This document shows positions 1 to 34,100 of a stretch of 64,000 bases of DNA, one piece after another (position 1 is the first letter of the stretch; each line of letters begins with the position of its first letter). Both the position numbers and the translations under genes were made by a program. Where the stretch lies: assembly GCA_051294375.1 (NCBI GenBank), contig CM119270.1:5743452-5807451 (forward strand), read 5' to 3'. Source of the stretch: Paraspadella gotoi (Eukaryota > Animalia > Chaetognatha). The notes under the pieces are model-generated. The model saw only the letters and a list, made by a program, of their open reading frames with translations. It had not been told where the DNA came from and made no database searches.

Positions 1-2565
1 AAAACATATAAGAAATTAAAGGTCCAGCTAAAATGACTCCCTAAATTTGGCTAATCGTAACTCAACTTGAAGCGATCGTCAAGCAAACAGTGATGGTCGA
101 GTCGTCTTCATACCAGTGAATAACGGAACTGCTCGAGTGGATTGATATTTACAAGTATGTAAAAAAACAGTTTGAGCAGTAAAATCTATGGGTGGATCAT
201 GTTGCAAGGTTCGGCCGTGGGTGCCAGCTTCATCCAGCCATGTTTTCTTTTTACTTGGTTCATTAATGGTTTCAATACTGATCAATTCTCTAACACAAGA
301 AAGATAAGTAAGAGTTATGTTGGCAAAATACAAACCTCGAAACAAACAGTTAAGTAGTTAAACCCGCAGCCTGTAAGGTATTTTAACGAAACACAACCAA
401 ACTTTTGGAAACTTTTGCTTTCATTTTCTGTTCTGTAACTTAGCAAATAGACAGTTTCAAAAAATCCTCCAGAATACGTGTATGGAAATAGTACTAATGC
501 CCGCCAAGGAAGCCATCCATTTTTTAGAGGTTACTGCCAAAAAGAATTGAGTACGCAAAAGAGAACTAGAAAAAGAAAGATGGAGCCTTTTCAAAAACCA
601 AAAACGGGTCATCGCCCAACCCACGTGAGGCTTCTCTCCTGTTGGATTGTTTTTGATTGCATCATCCAATAGTTCCACACAACGCAAACAAAGATTTAGA
701 AAAGAGGTATCGATGCTTGTTCGCCCACAAGGCCGTCCATCATGACTCCATCCAAAATTCTCCAAACACCATTTGCAACACAAAGTTGAGGGGGCCGCTA
801 TATACTAAGAAGCTGTCGTGGAAAATCGATATCAGAGATGTATGACAAGTCTCGACGAGCTGACAGATTCGCTCGGTTTGTAACTTCGGTCTGCACTGGA
901 ACCTCCTAAGCGCCCAACTGTAATTAGGATCCTTAACTTTAATGCTCTCTCTTGTTGACACAACAATTCAAGCGGAGGNNNNNNNNNNNNNNNNNNNNNN
1001 NNNAGATTTGATTTTTTTTTAGAACCAGTCTTCGCTGTTATAAAGCGTTTGTCTGATTATAGGAGAGAGAAAGTCTCGTCGATAGAATTTTGTTAATTAT
1101 TGAATTTTTTTTTCTCTAAATTTTTTTTTTAAAAATTAAAATGGGAGGAAAATATATTTTTTTTGCAAGACTTTCTATCTAGTTTTAATTGTTATTAGGA
1201 CCCCGAATATTATCTTTTTTTATTCATTGAAACACTTATGGTTCTGTTTGTTTTTCTTTTTTTTTTATATTTAACAAATTCTTTTTAGTCAAGATCTTAA
1301 AACCATTTCTAAGATATCTTTGCATTTAACTCGCGTGGAATACCAAGGTTTACCAAGGTATTCCAAGGATTATCTGCGACTATGAAACGCCTTGACTTTC
1401 ATTTTTTTTTACATTTATATGTATCTTGGGCTCTGCAAAATTTACCGTCGTAACATTACATCAAATCAATAACAAACTCAAAATATGTATGCAATTTTAT
1501 ATTTGATTGATAGGATTAGAGTAAGAAAATGAAATAATACAAACTGAAAGAAGGCTGAAAAATAATTAAATAAATCAAATACACTGCTTTTATAATTTAT
1601 AAAAGGCAGTCCGATCAATTTAAAACAGTATTAGTTACCAAAGAGATTAAATGTAACTAATCCTGATATAAACTTAGTGGATCTACCTCCAAGTTCTAAA
1701 CGAAATCAAGACGTGCAAAGAAAGACGAGCGTTTACATCGCAGATAAGATCATATCCCATATTCATGTTTAGATATAAAGGATATATATCTTAGCATGAT
1801 GCAAACACATTTCATTGATTCGTGATCAAGCCCAGTGAGGGTTGGATTGCGATAGAAGAGACGAAAGGAAGAGAGAAAACGAGAACAAATACACGCAGCT
1901 CATAATTCGCCACTGCTTTCATCGCATTCTTGGTAATTAAACGAATTTTTAGGCAAATTTAATATATTACGCCTTTCCTAATGGGTTCTTTGCAAAATTA
2001 CGGCAACAATACGATGAAAATAGAATGTTCTTAATCATGCAATTTTACCAATTTTGAAAATGATTATATATTTTTTTTTTGCAAGTCTGTTTTTCTATTG
2101 TTGCTGCCAAAAATTTTATTGAAAATTTGTATTGAGTGTAATATAGAGTGGCAAGATACCATGGTTATTCTCATATGAAACTCATCCGTTAACCAAATGT
2201 AATATTCTCTAATATACCGAACTAGAATTATAAATATGAAGTTCCCACACTGATTAACTCAAAAAAATAATTTTCCAGGGCATTCTCATGCCTCAAAATT
2301 ACTTATAAAATTCAATATTCCCAATAACTCTTAATGAGATATCTAGCTATGACCGCGACAAATAACCCAACAAATTTTACGACTTTTGCAGTCGATAAAA
2401 AAAAAAACCGATGTTCCCTTTCATGTGTTTTTTTAATGACATTATGGATATTGACTAGCCATAAATATTACTTCTGTCATCTTCTTACCATATTAAATTC
2501 CAAACTATTTTTTTTAAAATTCATATTTTCATTTATTTTTCTTTGATTTGTTTCTTTGTTTCAGT

Positions 2566-21096
<18,531 letters not shown>

Positions 21097-21474
21097 GATG
21101 TCTTTCACTTTTTATTTCTCTTCTTTTATTTTTCTTTTACAGAATTTTTTTTAGTTTTTTCTTCTTTGCGATTTTATGCTTTTGCGATCACGTCCTCGCG
21201 GATTGCGATTATTCCATGGCGACTTGCGATTATAAGATTTTTTTTTTCTTTTTGATTTTTTTCCCCTTTTTTTTGCGCCGAATTGTCAAAACTGTGTGAA
21301 AAGATATTGAGAAATTTTGTATTGAAAGAGACTGTCCGGCTTTGATTCGAAAGTCAGTCAGTCAGTCAGTCAGTCGTGGTTTTTTGTCAGTGGGAAAAAA
21401 AATCATAATCAGTCTGGTTACTTCGCGACCTAACGAGTTGACCGAAGATGATCTTTACCACTTGACCTATCTCT

Positions 21475-21542
<68 letters not shown>

Positions 21543-22790
21543 TCGTCACTATTCACGTTTAACACTAGATAATAAGGCGTATGTAAAGTTACGTACGAAA
21601 ATTCTAAAGGTCATTTGAACAACATACCATCAGTGAACATTAATTGTAAAAAAAATTATATTTTATGTTTTTAATTTTTCGGCAGTAGGCTATATTTATT
21701 ATATATGACATCTATATAAATGAAAAATTTAAAATAGGCTTATTCTTATTTTGATTGCAATTGATTCCTCGTCAAAAGTGATAAAAGAATATAATTATTT
21801 TGAAAAATCTCTTTCATAAGTGGTTAAAATACAAAAACTATATTAATATATAAAAAGTTAATTCAGCTTAAAATATAGTTTTTTCTCATTTTTGACCCAT
21901 TAATGAAGGAATTTTTTAAAAAAAGTTATATTTTTTTTATCAACTTTTTATGACATCCAAATCTGCAAAAATATCTTAGATAAATGTTTTAAAAGCTTTA
22001 ACATTTATTGATTAGTATAGTATAAATTGGCGTACTGGCTAAATTGTAAATTTATATAAATTTTTATACATAAATTCATTGTATAATGTTGTTCGTCCCA
22101 CTTTTAGAATTTAATTAAAGTTAAATTTAGAAATTTTACTACGCCTTACTAGATAATGCCTAATCGAAAAACAAAAGCTCTCGCCATGAGAATAAAATAG
22201 ACTCCAATCTCTAAAAGTCATCGGTCATATTTTTTTCCCTGTGTACATAAGTCAATCGAAGTAAACATTATCGTCAAATTCTCGATCTTTGGATCAAATA
22301 CAACAACCACAACAACAACAACAACAACAGCAATCACAGTTACCTGAAAACCCTTCTAATCGATTTAATGGAATCAAAAGGCAAAGATGTGGAATTTAAT
22401 GTACAATAATTCGTCGTTTTTTTTCTTGAAGAAAATGGAAGGAGAAGGTCACGTGATCACTGTTCTTCTTGAGTTTTTTTTATTTTCCAAGCAATCGTCA
22501 AGCAATTGCCGATTACCTCCTGGGAACAAGCAATCACTGTATAGTCATTTAATCAGCGCCGAGCAATCAGTTATTGTCTTTTTCTTTTTTCGCCTACCGA
22601 ATCACGTTTTCGAATGCAAGCACCGGCTATTTTTTTCCCCAATCTTTCGTGGAAGCAAAGAGTTTTTATCAAGCACCGTCAGAAGTGTTTTTTTTTTTCT
22701 TCTTTTTTTGGTCGAATTCAGATCGAAATTCGTTTAGTTCAGTTTTTACTAAAATGTTATTTTTTTCAGATCTTGACAGCAGTGCGGGCT

Positions 22791-22828
<38 letters not shown>

Positions 22829-24147
22829 ATCAATCGAATAGATTCACTCGTCTCATTCACGTTTCTCTCTCTCTTTCTCACTTTCTCTCCTCATATAACT
22901 ATCTTCTCTCTCTTCTCTCTCCTCTCTCCTTTCAGCCCGCACTGTGTCAGATCTGAAAAAAATAACATTTAGTAAAAACTGAACTAAACGAATTTCATCT
23001 GAATGACCAGAAAAAAAAGAAAGAAAAAAAAAAACACTTCTGACGGTGCTAAAATCTTTGCTTCCACGAAAGATTGGGGAAAAAAAATAGCCGTGCTTCA
23101 TTCAAGAAAACGTGATTCGGTAGGCCGAAAAAGAAAAGACAATAATGATTCTCTGCGCCTATTAAATGACTATCCAGTATTCTTGTTCCCAGGAGGTAAT
23201 CGGCAATGCTTGACTATTGTTGAAAATAAAAAAAATCCAAGAAAGAACAGTGATCACGTGATCGGCTTCCATTTCTTCAAGAAAAAAAACGAGAATTATT
23301 GTCTTAAATTCCACATCTTTGCTTGATTCCATTAAATCATAGAAGGGTTTTCAGGTAATGTGATTGCTGTTGTTGTTGTTGTTGTTGTGGGTTGTTGTAT
23401 TGATCCAAAGATCGAAAATTGACGATAATGTTTACTTCGATTGATTATGCTACACAGGAAAAAAATATGACCGATGATTTTAGAGATTGGAGTCTATTTA
23501 TTCTCATGGCGAGAGCTTTTGTTTTTCGATTAGGCTTACTAGTAAGGCGTAGTAAAATTTCTAATTTAACTTTAATTAAATTCTAAAAGTGGGACGAACA
23601 ACATTATACAATGAATTTATGTATAAAAATTTATATAAATTTACAATTTAGCCAGTACGCCAATTTATACTATACTAATCAATAAATGTTAAAGCTTTTA
23701 AAACATTTATCTAAGATATTTTTGCAGATTTGGATGTCATAAAAAGTTGATAAAAAAAATATAACTTTTTTTAAAAAATTCCTTCATTAATGGGTCAAAA
23801 ATGAGAAAAAACTATATTTTAAGCTGAATTAACTTTTTATATATTAATATAGTTTTTGTATTTTAACCACTTATGAAAGAGATTTTTCAAAATAATTATA
23901 TTCTTTTATCACTTTTGACGAGGAATCAATTGCAATCAAAATAAGAATAAGCCTATTTTAAATTTTTCATTTATATAGATGTCATATATAATAAATATAG
24001 CCTACTGCCGAAAAATTAAAAACATAAAATATAATTTTTTTTACAATTAATGTTCACTGATGGTATGTTGTTCAAATGACCTTTAGAATTTTCGTACGTA
24101 ACTTTACATACGCCTTATTATCTAGTGTTAAACGTGAATAGTGACGA

Positions 24148-24210
<63 letters not shown>

Positions 24211-24616
24211 AAAAAAAAAAAAGGAGAGGGAGAGAGAGAGAGAGGAGGAGAAGAGAGACGAGAGAGTGAGATAGGTCAGTGGTAAAGATCATTTCGGTCA
24301 ACTCGTTAGGTCCGATTTAGTAACCAGACTGATTATGATTTTTTCCCACTGAAAAAATACCGACTGACTGATGATGACTGACTTTCGAATAAAGGCCGGA
24401 CAGTTCTTCAATAACAAATTTCTCAATCTCTTTCAAGCATTTTGACAATTCGGCGCAAAAAAAAGGGAAAAAATCAAAAGAAAAAAAAATCTTATAATCG
24501 CAAGCGATGGAATAATCGAATCCGGAGGCGTGATCGCAAAAGCATAAATCGCCAAGCAAAAAAAACTAAAAAAATTCTGTAAGAAAATAAAAGAAGAGAA
24601 ATAAAAATGAAAGATC

Positions 24617-24665
24617 ATGGGAAACGCGCCAGGCGCGAAGAAAGTCGATCGCGGAGAAATGGTAA
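24617..24665 (+). pseudogene. Indel-damaged mirror copy of the PKA first exon inside the inverted duplication
   Basis: ATGGGAAACGCGCCAGGCGCGAAGAAAGTCGATC..GTAAG; reverse-complement match to 21051-21096 with frameshifts. Confidence 0.75.
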
Positions 24666-25123
24666 GAAGTTTTTTCTTATGGCTTCGATATAATAATGGT
24701 TATGGAATGGATGGATGAATGAAGGAATATAAGCCTAAACGAATACGTTAAGCTACAGTCACAACCTGTAATTATTAAGCCCAGAACTTATAATAGTTAA
24801 AATGTTAAAGCCAACGTAAACTACATTATTTCTGGCCTCTCGTTAGTACGCTGAAACTTTAAATTGTTATCAGGAAATATTTTAAAAATCATTACACTTA
24901 TGCCGTAATACAAAACTCATGATCGTCAGCGTATATCATCCTGTCGCCATCGCACCGCGTCTGTCCATACTACAACCGATCAGCTGATCCTCATCATATT
25001 TACTCTGATCACGATTTCGAAAAAGGAAACCTTTCTTTGACGCCCACATATAAATCTTGCCCAACGCCCGATATCTCTCTCATCTTCTCTCTCGTCCTCT
25101 CCTCTCTTCCTCCTCTCTCCTCT

Positions 25124-25155
<32 letters not shown>

Positions 25156-28100
25156 CCTAATAGGTTTAATTTTCTTTATATCTTTTTTAAATTGTCTGAA
25201 TTATCTGATTCACCAACCACCACATAATTTATTAAAAATAAAAAACCTAACTAAACCCAAAATACAATGTAAAGCCTTGTTATTTCGTGATGGATTGAAA
25301 TGATTATAAGGAGCATAAAAGTCAAATTGATATTTTATGAATTAGGAATTTAGGAGATGAAAATTAAGATTGTTGTTATTGTCGTAACTCAATCATAAAG
25401 ATGATAATGAGAAATAAGTGATGATAGTGTGAGTGGTATATTTCACACTGCCTCACGTCCACCTCGTTCATCCAATCCCATTGCCTTAGAAGCTTGAAGC
25501 ACCATCTCAAGTGTTGCTTCTGATTCCTGTTTCCTAACATCCCTCTCTTTCAGAAACCCGACCTGTGCCTCGTGTAACCGCCTGCCAGTGACTGGAGGCG
25601 TCCATCTGAGCGTCGCGAACCCCCAAACCATAGCGAATGCCTACCATCCGATGTGTCCTATGGCAACCTGCTTTGCCCATATATAAGCGGTTTCTAAATT
25701 GCGTCGCTTTTTTTTGACACTAATCGAATAAAAATTAGAAATTCGAGGAAAAAAAAAACAAATTTTTCAAAATTACCCATCATAGGCCCATAATAAATAA
25801 ATAATTTAGTCTGTATCATAGCTAATGAACAAAACACACGACGATCGATATCGATGAGTGACGTACGATAAAAAAAGATAAAGATGACGATGATGACGGA
25901 CGAACTAGGGACAACGATCTCCCGGTATTCGCAAATAAAGAGACAAAAACGACCGAATATCCGTAGAGAAAAGAAAAAGGAACGAAAACCACAACATCAA
26001 TTAACCTATAAAGGAAACAAAACTTAAAGAACAAAAATCCCATCAAAAAATCGAAAAAAAAAAAAAAAATAAATAGCAGATAACAACAGACGAGCCCAAA
26101 AAACAAACCAAACAAAAAATAAACCAAACAACACGAGAGCAAAAACAAATGCTAACATGACCAAAAAATAGAATTATATGCTAAAATAAACATTAACATT
26201 TCAACTGAATAACGATTCGTGCCCAGGCTGAACTCCGAAACGATTATGATTAAACTCAGGAGTCCCAATCACTGACCGGAAAACAAAATGAAACAAACAA
26301 CATGACCTAAAAATAACCGACAAAAAAAAAACGAAAAAAAACATCGCTTTAAAATTCGAAGTATTAAAATTCAAAGAAATAAAGAAGAAGAGAGAAGATG
26401 AGATTACTCGAGCAACATTAATTTATTAAATTTCTCGAAGCCATCGTGGAGTTTCGCCTCTCAAGAATCTCTGAGCAAATAAAAAATCTGGTTTTTTTAT
26501 CAAATAATAATCAAAGAAAAACCTGCGCCGTCATGGCTTTTGCCTCTGTTCGGAACAGTCGTAATATGTATCATAAAGAGATGTTAATGTAACAAGTGAA
26601 ACAAAATTAATATTTATTATTATTTTATTATTTTTCTTTAGTTCTTCGCAGCTTTGTCATTTTCTATTTTTCTCTTTCTCTTTTCACTATATTCTCTGAG
26701 AATCAATATAAAATAGAAATAAAAACTCGCTGAAAGAAACAAAACTCAACAAAAATTGTTTAACTCTTTATACAATTACATGTCCCTTTTCACCTCTTAC
26801 GACATTTATTAATTTTTTTTTTTCTGTACACGTTCGCTCTCATAAATCACAAATTATATCGACAATGTCCCGCGTTCAATTAATTTGAGTTATTTGTACA
26901 CTAGAGTTGTTATAAGAGTAACCGTTACTGTTGTCTATTTTTTAAACAAAAATTTTCAAGACTTCTGACTTTTTATGCGCTAAAAGATCTCTATTCAAAT
27001 AAAAAATTAACCAGATTCTTTTATTTTATTCAACTCTTGTAGCCTCCTTCGAAATCTTTTGCGAATAATTTTCTGCGCGCGCCTTTCTTCTCGTCTCTCC
27101 TTTTTATCCTCTTTTCTCTCGCGGTCATCTCTCTACGTCTATCTCATTCTGCCGACAACTTGCGTCAAAGATCATAACGCAATCTTCAGTTGGAACATGA
27201 TTCGTTTTGCTGAAATCTGTCCGTCCTCCTATTTCTCTATCCATTTCTCCTCTCTATCGTAGCTCTCTCTCTCTTAACTTCCTCGACTCTCGTTCTCCCC
27301 GAACACTCGCATCTGATAAATGTCATAGATCTTCATACCACCTCATCACCTGCTACACCCCCCACCCAGCAACGCATCCCACCAAGGTGAAAAACGTTCC
27401 TGTTCAATCCCTGAAATGATCAACTTGACCTTCCTCATTCCCCCCCCCCCACACACATCACATCGAGCAAAAAATAGCATTTCTATTCTCTCACACAAGA
27501 ATAAACGAAAATCCGTTCGAATTAAAAATGATTATTTCATATCTCATCATGTTGTTCTTTCATCCTTGACATTTTTATCCTCGCTTTTAAGCCTTTTTTT
27601 TTTTTTTTTCCCTTTTTTGATTCTCCGCGTTCGTTCCATCCACCCTTTAGCACTTTTTTCCCAAAGAGCGCTCCCATTTCATGTAATGTATATTATTAAA
27701 CTTAAAATGTATGTTTTAAACTTAGCGGAAAAGAATAAGATTTATTTACAACAACGATGATTTATTAATGATCGGACCATGATTCGTCTCGATGCGAGTC
27801 TCTTCAGCGTCCTTTACAATTTTTAATTTTTACAATTTTTATTCCAAAAATCAATATAATAGAGCAGAAAGAGGAGAGAGAGATGAGAGAGAGTATGAAT
27901 AGTTATCCAACAAACGCGACAAACGGCTGAAGGAGACTCGCCAATTTAATCCTTAACTTATGCCTAACCTTACGTCTAATTGTTAAATTTCAACTTAAAA
28001 AAAATTAATCTAATTTCTACCTTCTCGACGATAAAAATGAGCGCACGTCTGGAATCATAAACCCTTTTTCACTTTTTGTCATTTCGTTCCACCACCGTCT

Positions 28101-31100
28101 GTTCGGCGCATCCCGCCAGTGTTTTATTCGTCTTTAACGCAGATTATCTATAAATAAATGCCGAGTAAATTCTTAAATTTTCGGGCCCCCCCAGCGAGTC
28201 CCGCGGTCATTTTTTCTTGGTAAGAAGACGAGCGAGTGGGGCGACGAGAGAGAGATCGAGAGACGAGAGAATCACGATGAGCAGGAGACTAGAGAGAGAG
28301 GAGACGAGTGATGAGAAAAGAAGATAGAAAGGACGAGAAACGGTGTCGAGAAGAGAGCAAGGCCTGTCTCGGCCGCGCATCTTCGGGTACAAGAATTAAA
28401 AATTAATATTAGCTCTTTTTTAATATTATCTTTTCTCCTTCTTCTTTCTTTTCCTCTAAACTTCTATTCCCTCTCAACTCATGCTCCTCCCTCTCATCGC
28501 GAATATCCTCTTCCTTTCTACTCCTTCTCCCTCCTCCCTCACTCTTTACCGCCCTTGTTATCGGCGGGGGTGTGCTGTCCTCCAACTCGTGCGAGCGCGT
28601 GGGCCCCTTGCCCCTGCTGGGCGATCCCCTCACGGTCCTTTCTTTCCCTCCACGCCGCCGCCCGTTCGTACCATCCGAGTCTCTCCTCTCCACCCTCCAA
28701 CCTTTCCTCCCGCCTGGCAATCCGGGTTTCTTCTTCCCCAGGCGTGCCCCCGTTCGCCCACGGCTCTCTTGTGCGTGCGAAGCCTCAGCCATCCTTCGTC
28801 TCCCCCTCTTCCTCCCTCTCCACACCTCTTTCCTCCGGGCGCGCGCGCACCCCTTGCTTCCCCGCTTCCTCCCCGTCCACCTCTTCGTGTCGCACAGAGA
28901 GTGGTGAGAGTGAGAGCGCGCGTGCGGCCGCCTAAAAAGCGAACTGCGGAAGCGAGTGTGTGTGCGCGCTACCGCGAGTGTCAATTCTTCTAGTTCATTA
29001 TCACGTTGGCGGGTGTGATGGTGTTTTTCCCATTAGTTATAATATTTCATTGGTGCCTTGTCCTGTGTGTGTGTGCGTTTCTCGTTCGTCTGTTCTATTT
29101 AGTTCATTTGTTGATTTTTGTTGGTTTCTGCACTCGAAAACAGGAAAAAAAAAAACCGAATTGGCTGATGTGATCCGGCGATTTTTGTCTGTGAGCGATT
29201 TGCGTCCAAGAAACTCATTTTATTAATTTTCTCTCGTTTTTTTTCTAACTAAATGCTACGAAGCTGTAGTGTGTGAGAGAGTGGGGTATTTCTGGGTACA
29301 TGTTAATTTGACGAATGGAGAGTGAGAGCGAGGGTATGATTAGAGCAAAAAAAGGAAGAGATTGTGCGTGAGAAGTGTGTTGCGCGCGTAGCGTGCAAAA
29401 CATCTAAGTCTCCCGTCCCTAATACTTTCGCCCGAAGAAATAAAAATTTTAAACAAGAACTTATGGTCGTGCGAAGATGTGCTGATCTATAAATTAGCGC
29501 TGTATAAGGGAAATATTGGGGCGGCCCCATAAAATGTCCAAAGCGGGGGCGTGTTGTATATTTTTTGCATTATCTTCTTCATCGAAAGCCTTCATAAGCG
29601 AGGCCTCTAGCCGGGAAATCGTCGGTGTGAGCACCTTCTTCTATTTGTCTTTCTATTTTATCAGAGTATATTTGTTATATTGATATATTATTTATTTATT
29701 ATCCAACCCGCTTATCTTTCCCCAGATAAACGTTTCCAAAAATCGAACACGAGTTTATAAAAGTTGTATTTGATCCTCGTCCTACGAAGACAAACGCGAC
29801 CAGGAATTTATCGAACCTCGAACATTTTGCCCTCGTCAGTGTTGTTTGTCACTTGCTCAGAATGAAACCGCGCTTCCCTACCCTTTCACAACTGAAACTC
29901 ATTCGAGTGACTCGTTCTCTCGTCGTGTTTGTTGTCGCGCCGACTTTTCGCTCAGTCTCTCGTTCAAATCTTACTACAGCTTTTCATCAAAACCATACAG
30001 CAGTCGTTATAGTCTTTACATAAAAATATCAACTCATCGTCTGGGGTCCAAAGAATACATTTAAAAAAAATCATTATCCATCTTCACCATTATCATTATA
30101 TCTTCTATAATCATCATTATTAAATCATTATAATCACAATATTCGTCCTAATTAAAATTATCATTTCATCTATTAACATCTCAATATACCTTTCATCGTC
30201 ACTAATCATCGTTATCTATCATCATTATCATCACTCCGATAAAATAGCAGTAAAAAAAGATGATTCGATTGAAAAAAAATGGCAAAAACGGGAGAGAAAA
30301 AGATCCGCCCGCGGCATGTCTATCCAGCCGCCCTGCAACCGCCGCCGCCCCATGCCAACCGCCGCCGACCGCCCCCGCCCCCTTCGATAATTTTTATCTC
30401 ACGCGTTTCTTTCGCTCGCTTTTCACTACCGTAACTTTCATTTCATATTATTTTTTCTTTCTAACTTTAAATAATTTTTATTCCCATAATTGTCAGAAGA
30501 AACTAATCATTAAAACTGAAAGAAAATAAGAAATGAATTATGTTATATTTATCGCAGTATCGCCGGAAATCAAATAAAATTAGTGCGAACTGACTATTGG
30601 GAGTAGCCGCGATGGAGTTTTTATTGTGCGAGAGCGCGAGGCTAATTAATCGTTTTCACGCGAAGTCGAGAACAGTGGTCAATTTATCGGATCGCGTCGT
30701 ATCCTTGTTTTTCGGATGACATCTTTCCGTTAACTTTTTCATACATCTGAGTCGCTGAACTGAGTTCTTTTCACGCCGAAAGTCAGAAAAGCTGTCAAGG
30801 TAGCTGTGCCGCGTAGTGCGTGTGTGTGTTGTGCGATGCACTTCTAACAGAATATGGAGCGGACACATAAAAACTTATTTCATTTATTTTATGAAATACG
30901 AAGGATTCGATAGTGGGTCGAGAGAGGGAAGTGATGAGAGAGAGAGAAAACAAAGGCAAATTAATTAGTGCTTCATTATTATAAAAAATAAAGAATAAAA
31001 AAAAAAATAAGATTTAAAATTGAATACTAATGACATAAAGTGACAATGCAAAATCTCAAATCCCGAAACCACGAAAAAAAGCAAACAAATGTGATCAGAA

Positions 31101-34100
31101 TGAAAACTGAACGATCCCTGTTATTCCGATCTCTTATAATGAATCTTTTCTTCCATCGGCATCGCCCTCAAAAATAAACAAACAACAAAACGCGTTTGAA
31201 ACAAACAATTGTAACTAAGAAAAGCCTCCACTTTTTTTCTATTATAAAATAAAAAAAGTTTACCAAAACATGCGAAAACGCAAATATCATTTTCCCGCCT
31301 TTTTTTTTTTAAAAATGGGATTCCTCCCGGGCGCGTAAACCGAAACTCGATTGATGGAACCGCGAATGAGGAATCAAAAAACATTGAACCGGGTGCCCGA
31401 CTATTCACGACCCGGGAGTGTGAGCGAGCGTGAGAGAAGCGAGCCACCCAAGTCTCGGACGACGAGTCTGTTGGAGACCGTTGGAAATACTGTTGCCGAA
31501 TGCGACGCGAAAAGATAAGAGCGAGAGGAAGAGAGGTAGGAGAGAGGGAAGTGCCGAACTGAATAGAGGAGGCGAAGAAGAGGTGAAGATGGAGGTAGAC
31601 CAAGAAGGGTCGCTCGATTGGGGTGACATGTGTATTGTAGTAGTGGTGAGTGTAAGTTTGCTCGATTTTTATATCTCTTAACTGTATAAAATCAAAGCTT
31701 TTTTTTTGTGGTGGTTGGTAGCGCAGCAGGGCGCGTGCAGAGAACACTTAACGAATCGCTTGAGTGAGTGTGCGGAGGCGGCGCGGCTCTTCATGTAAGC
31801 ACTCTAAAACGATGCCTGTGATGACACCAAGAGGGAACGATGGCGCTATGTGTCTGGATGCTCTCTCGTGCGTCTCATCGCGTGTCTTTTATTCGTGCGT
31901 GCGCGCCTCTCTTCTGCTGCGTGTGCTGTGCGTCGTTCTTACCTCCTTTCCTGTCTCTTCTCTGCTCTTGCTCGTCCTTCTCTGTTTGCTTCTCACTCTT
32001 GTGCCTGCTTTCTTTTCTTCGTTCCACGCGTCTCTCTCTCTCAGCATTCCCCTTTTTTTATCTCTCTTTTGTTCTCGTTTCTTTCCTCTTATTCTTTTCT
32101 TTCTATTTCTTTGCTGTTACTTCTCTTTTCCCCTCTTCATTCTTTACGTCGCATCTTTACTCTTTGCTCTCGCTTCGCCTCTCCCCTCCTTCTCCGACTC
32201 CTTCTCTCTCCTCTGCTACTCGCTCCTCGTCTCTCTCTCCTTCTGCTCTCTTCTCTCTCTCTCTTCTCTCTCCCTTCTCTCTCCCTCCCTCGCCCTCAAA
32301 CCCTCAAGCTTAAACAAACTCTCTCCGCGTCAGAGATCATTCGCTTCGATTAAACCTGCCGAGTCAGAGCGATGGAACATTTACTCGGAGGAAGAGGGAG
32401 ACGGAAGGAGCGGAGAGGAGGACGGAGGAAGGGAGAGAGGAAGATAAGCGAGCGGTGCGAGGGGAGACGAGATGCGCGGGAGAGGGGAGAGGTCACGAAG
32501 CCTCGGCATCAGTTCGGCGTCTCGCAGACGAGTGGGACGCGCCCTGAGCCGACGAGGTATCGGCTACACTCCCCTTGATCGATCACGAAGAAGGTATAAA
32601 GTCGGAGAAACGAGCGACAACTAGAGAGTTCTTCCTCTCTCGTTCTCTGCTCTCTCATCTCTCTCTCGTTCTCTACGCTTCTCTCTCTCCTCATCTCTCT
32701 CTCCTCCACTTCTTTCTTCTCTCTTCTCGTTCTTCTCCGGTCTCTTCTCTCTCTCTCTAACTCTCATCTTTCCCCCTGCTGATTGCGATTCTCTCTTTTC
32801 TTTCACATCTCTCTCTTCCATTTCTCTCTTCTCTCACTCTCTCGTCCTCTCTCTCTCTATCTTGTCTCTCTCTCTGTCTCTCTCTCTCTCTCTCTGTTCT
32901 CTCTACTCCTCTCTCTGTCCTCTCTCTCTCTTTCTGTCTTTCTCCTCTTCTATCTCTCTGCTCTTTCTTACTCTGCTCTCCTCTCAAGCTCAATGATCCT
33001 TTTCTCTAGTTCGCTCTTAGTTAATTCACAGTGACCTCTCTTTTAAACGAAATCCGCTTAAAAACGCAAAAAATAAAACCCTCAATGTTATCTCTCTATC
33101 CGAAAAAGCTCTACGCTTTATTATATTATATAAAATCTTATCTTTTTTTATCCATCAATCTAAAAACATTTTCAAAAAAAAAAAAAAACAAAAAAAAAAA
33201 ATTTTTAAAAAAAAAAAAAAATTTAAAAAAAACCTACAATTAAGTCAGCCAGCCATGACCCTTTTTTGTCCGATGATCTTTCTCCATTTTAACTAAACTC
33301 GTTTTACTTGCTACTATCTCAATCTTTCTTCTCAACACTTCTCGCCTTTATTTATCTTTTCTCCTTCACAATTAAATCTCTTTATTAAATCATATATATA
33401 TCTATACTGCCAACAACAATCCGTTATCCATTTCTTACAGCAGACCCCCTTTAAATCAGCTTTCCAGAGCTCGTCCCATTGCCAAATATCCACAACGCGA
33501 TTTTACTTGATCTCCCCTAATTTTGAGCACGACGATCGAAGAAGACGACGACGACGTCACGACTTAATGAGGTCTCTTCCGTCCATCAGTACAGCAGTTC
33601 GCTTTTGATGAAGTGCCGAATGAGTGAAAGGAGCGAGCGCAGGAGGAGAGAGGAGGAGGAGAAGTTAAGAAAAGAGGACTCGCATGCTCCGCAGTCGTAC
33701 ACCATTTCCTCTGCTCGAGACGACGAAGCTTTTGCGCGAGATCGATCGGAGATAGCTTACAGAGAAAAGAGAAGTGGGGCCGGAGCAAGCGGGCCAACCG
33801 CCCGGCCCAGCCACACAGAGCGTGACTATGGTCGTCGGGAGAGCGGTAGCGAAGCATGAGAGACGCCAGGGTGTGTGAGTAAGCGGCGTAAAAGGAAGGG
33901 GCCGAAGAAGGCCCACCTCTCACTCACATTCTATAAATACAACACCAAGTATACAAGGTAGCGAAAGAAAGATATAAAAAACAGAGAGAAAATGAAAAAA
34001 AGTTCCTGTCTCACATCATGACCCTTGTCATCACAGCAACGTAATGCGATATGTCCCCTCTTGANNNNNNNNNNNNNNNNNNNNNNNNNTTTTTTTTTTT

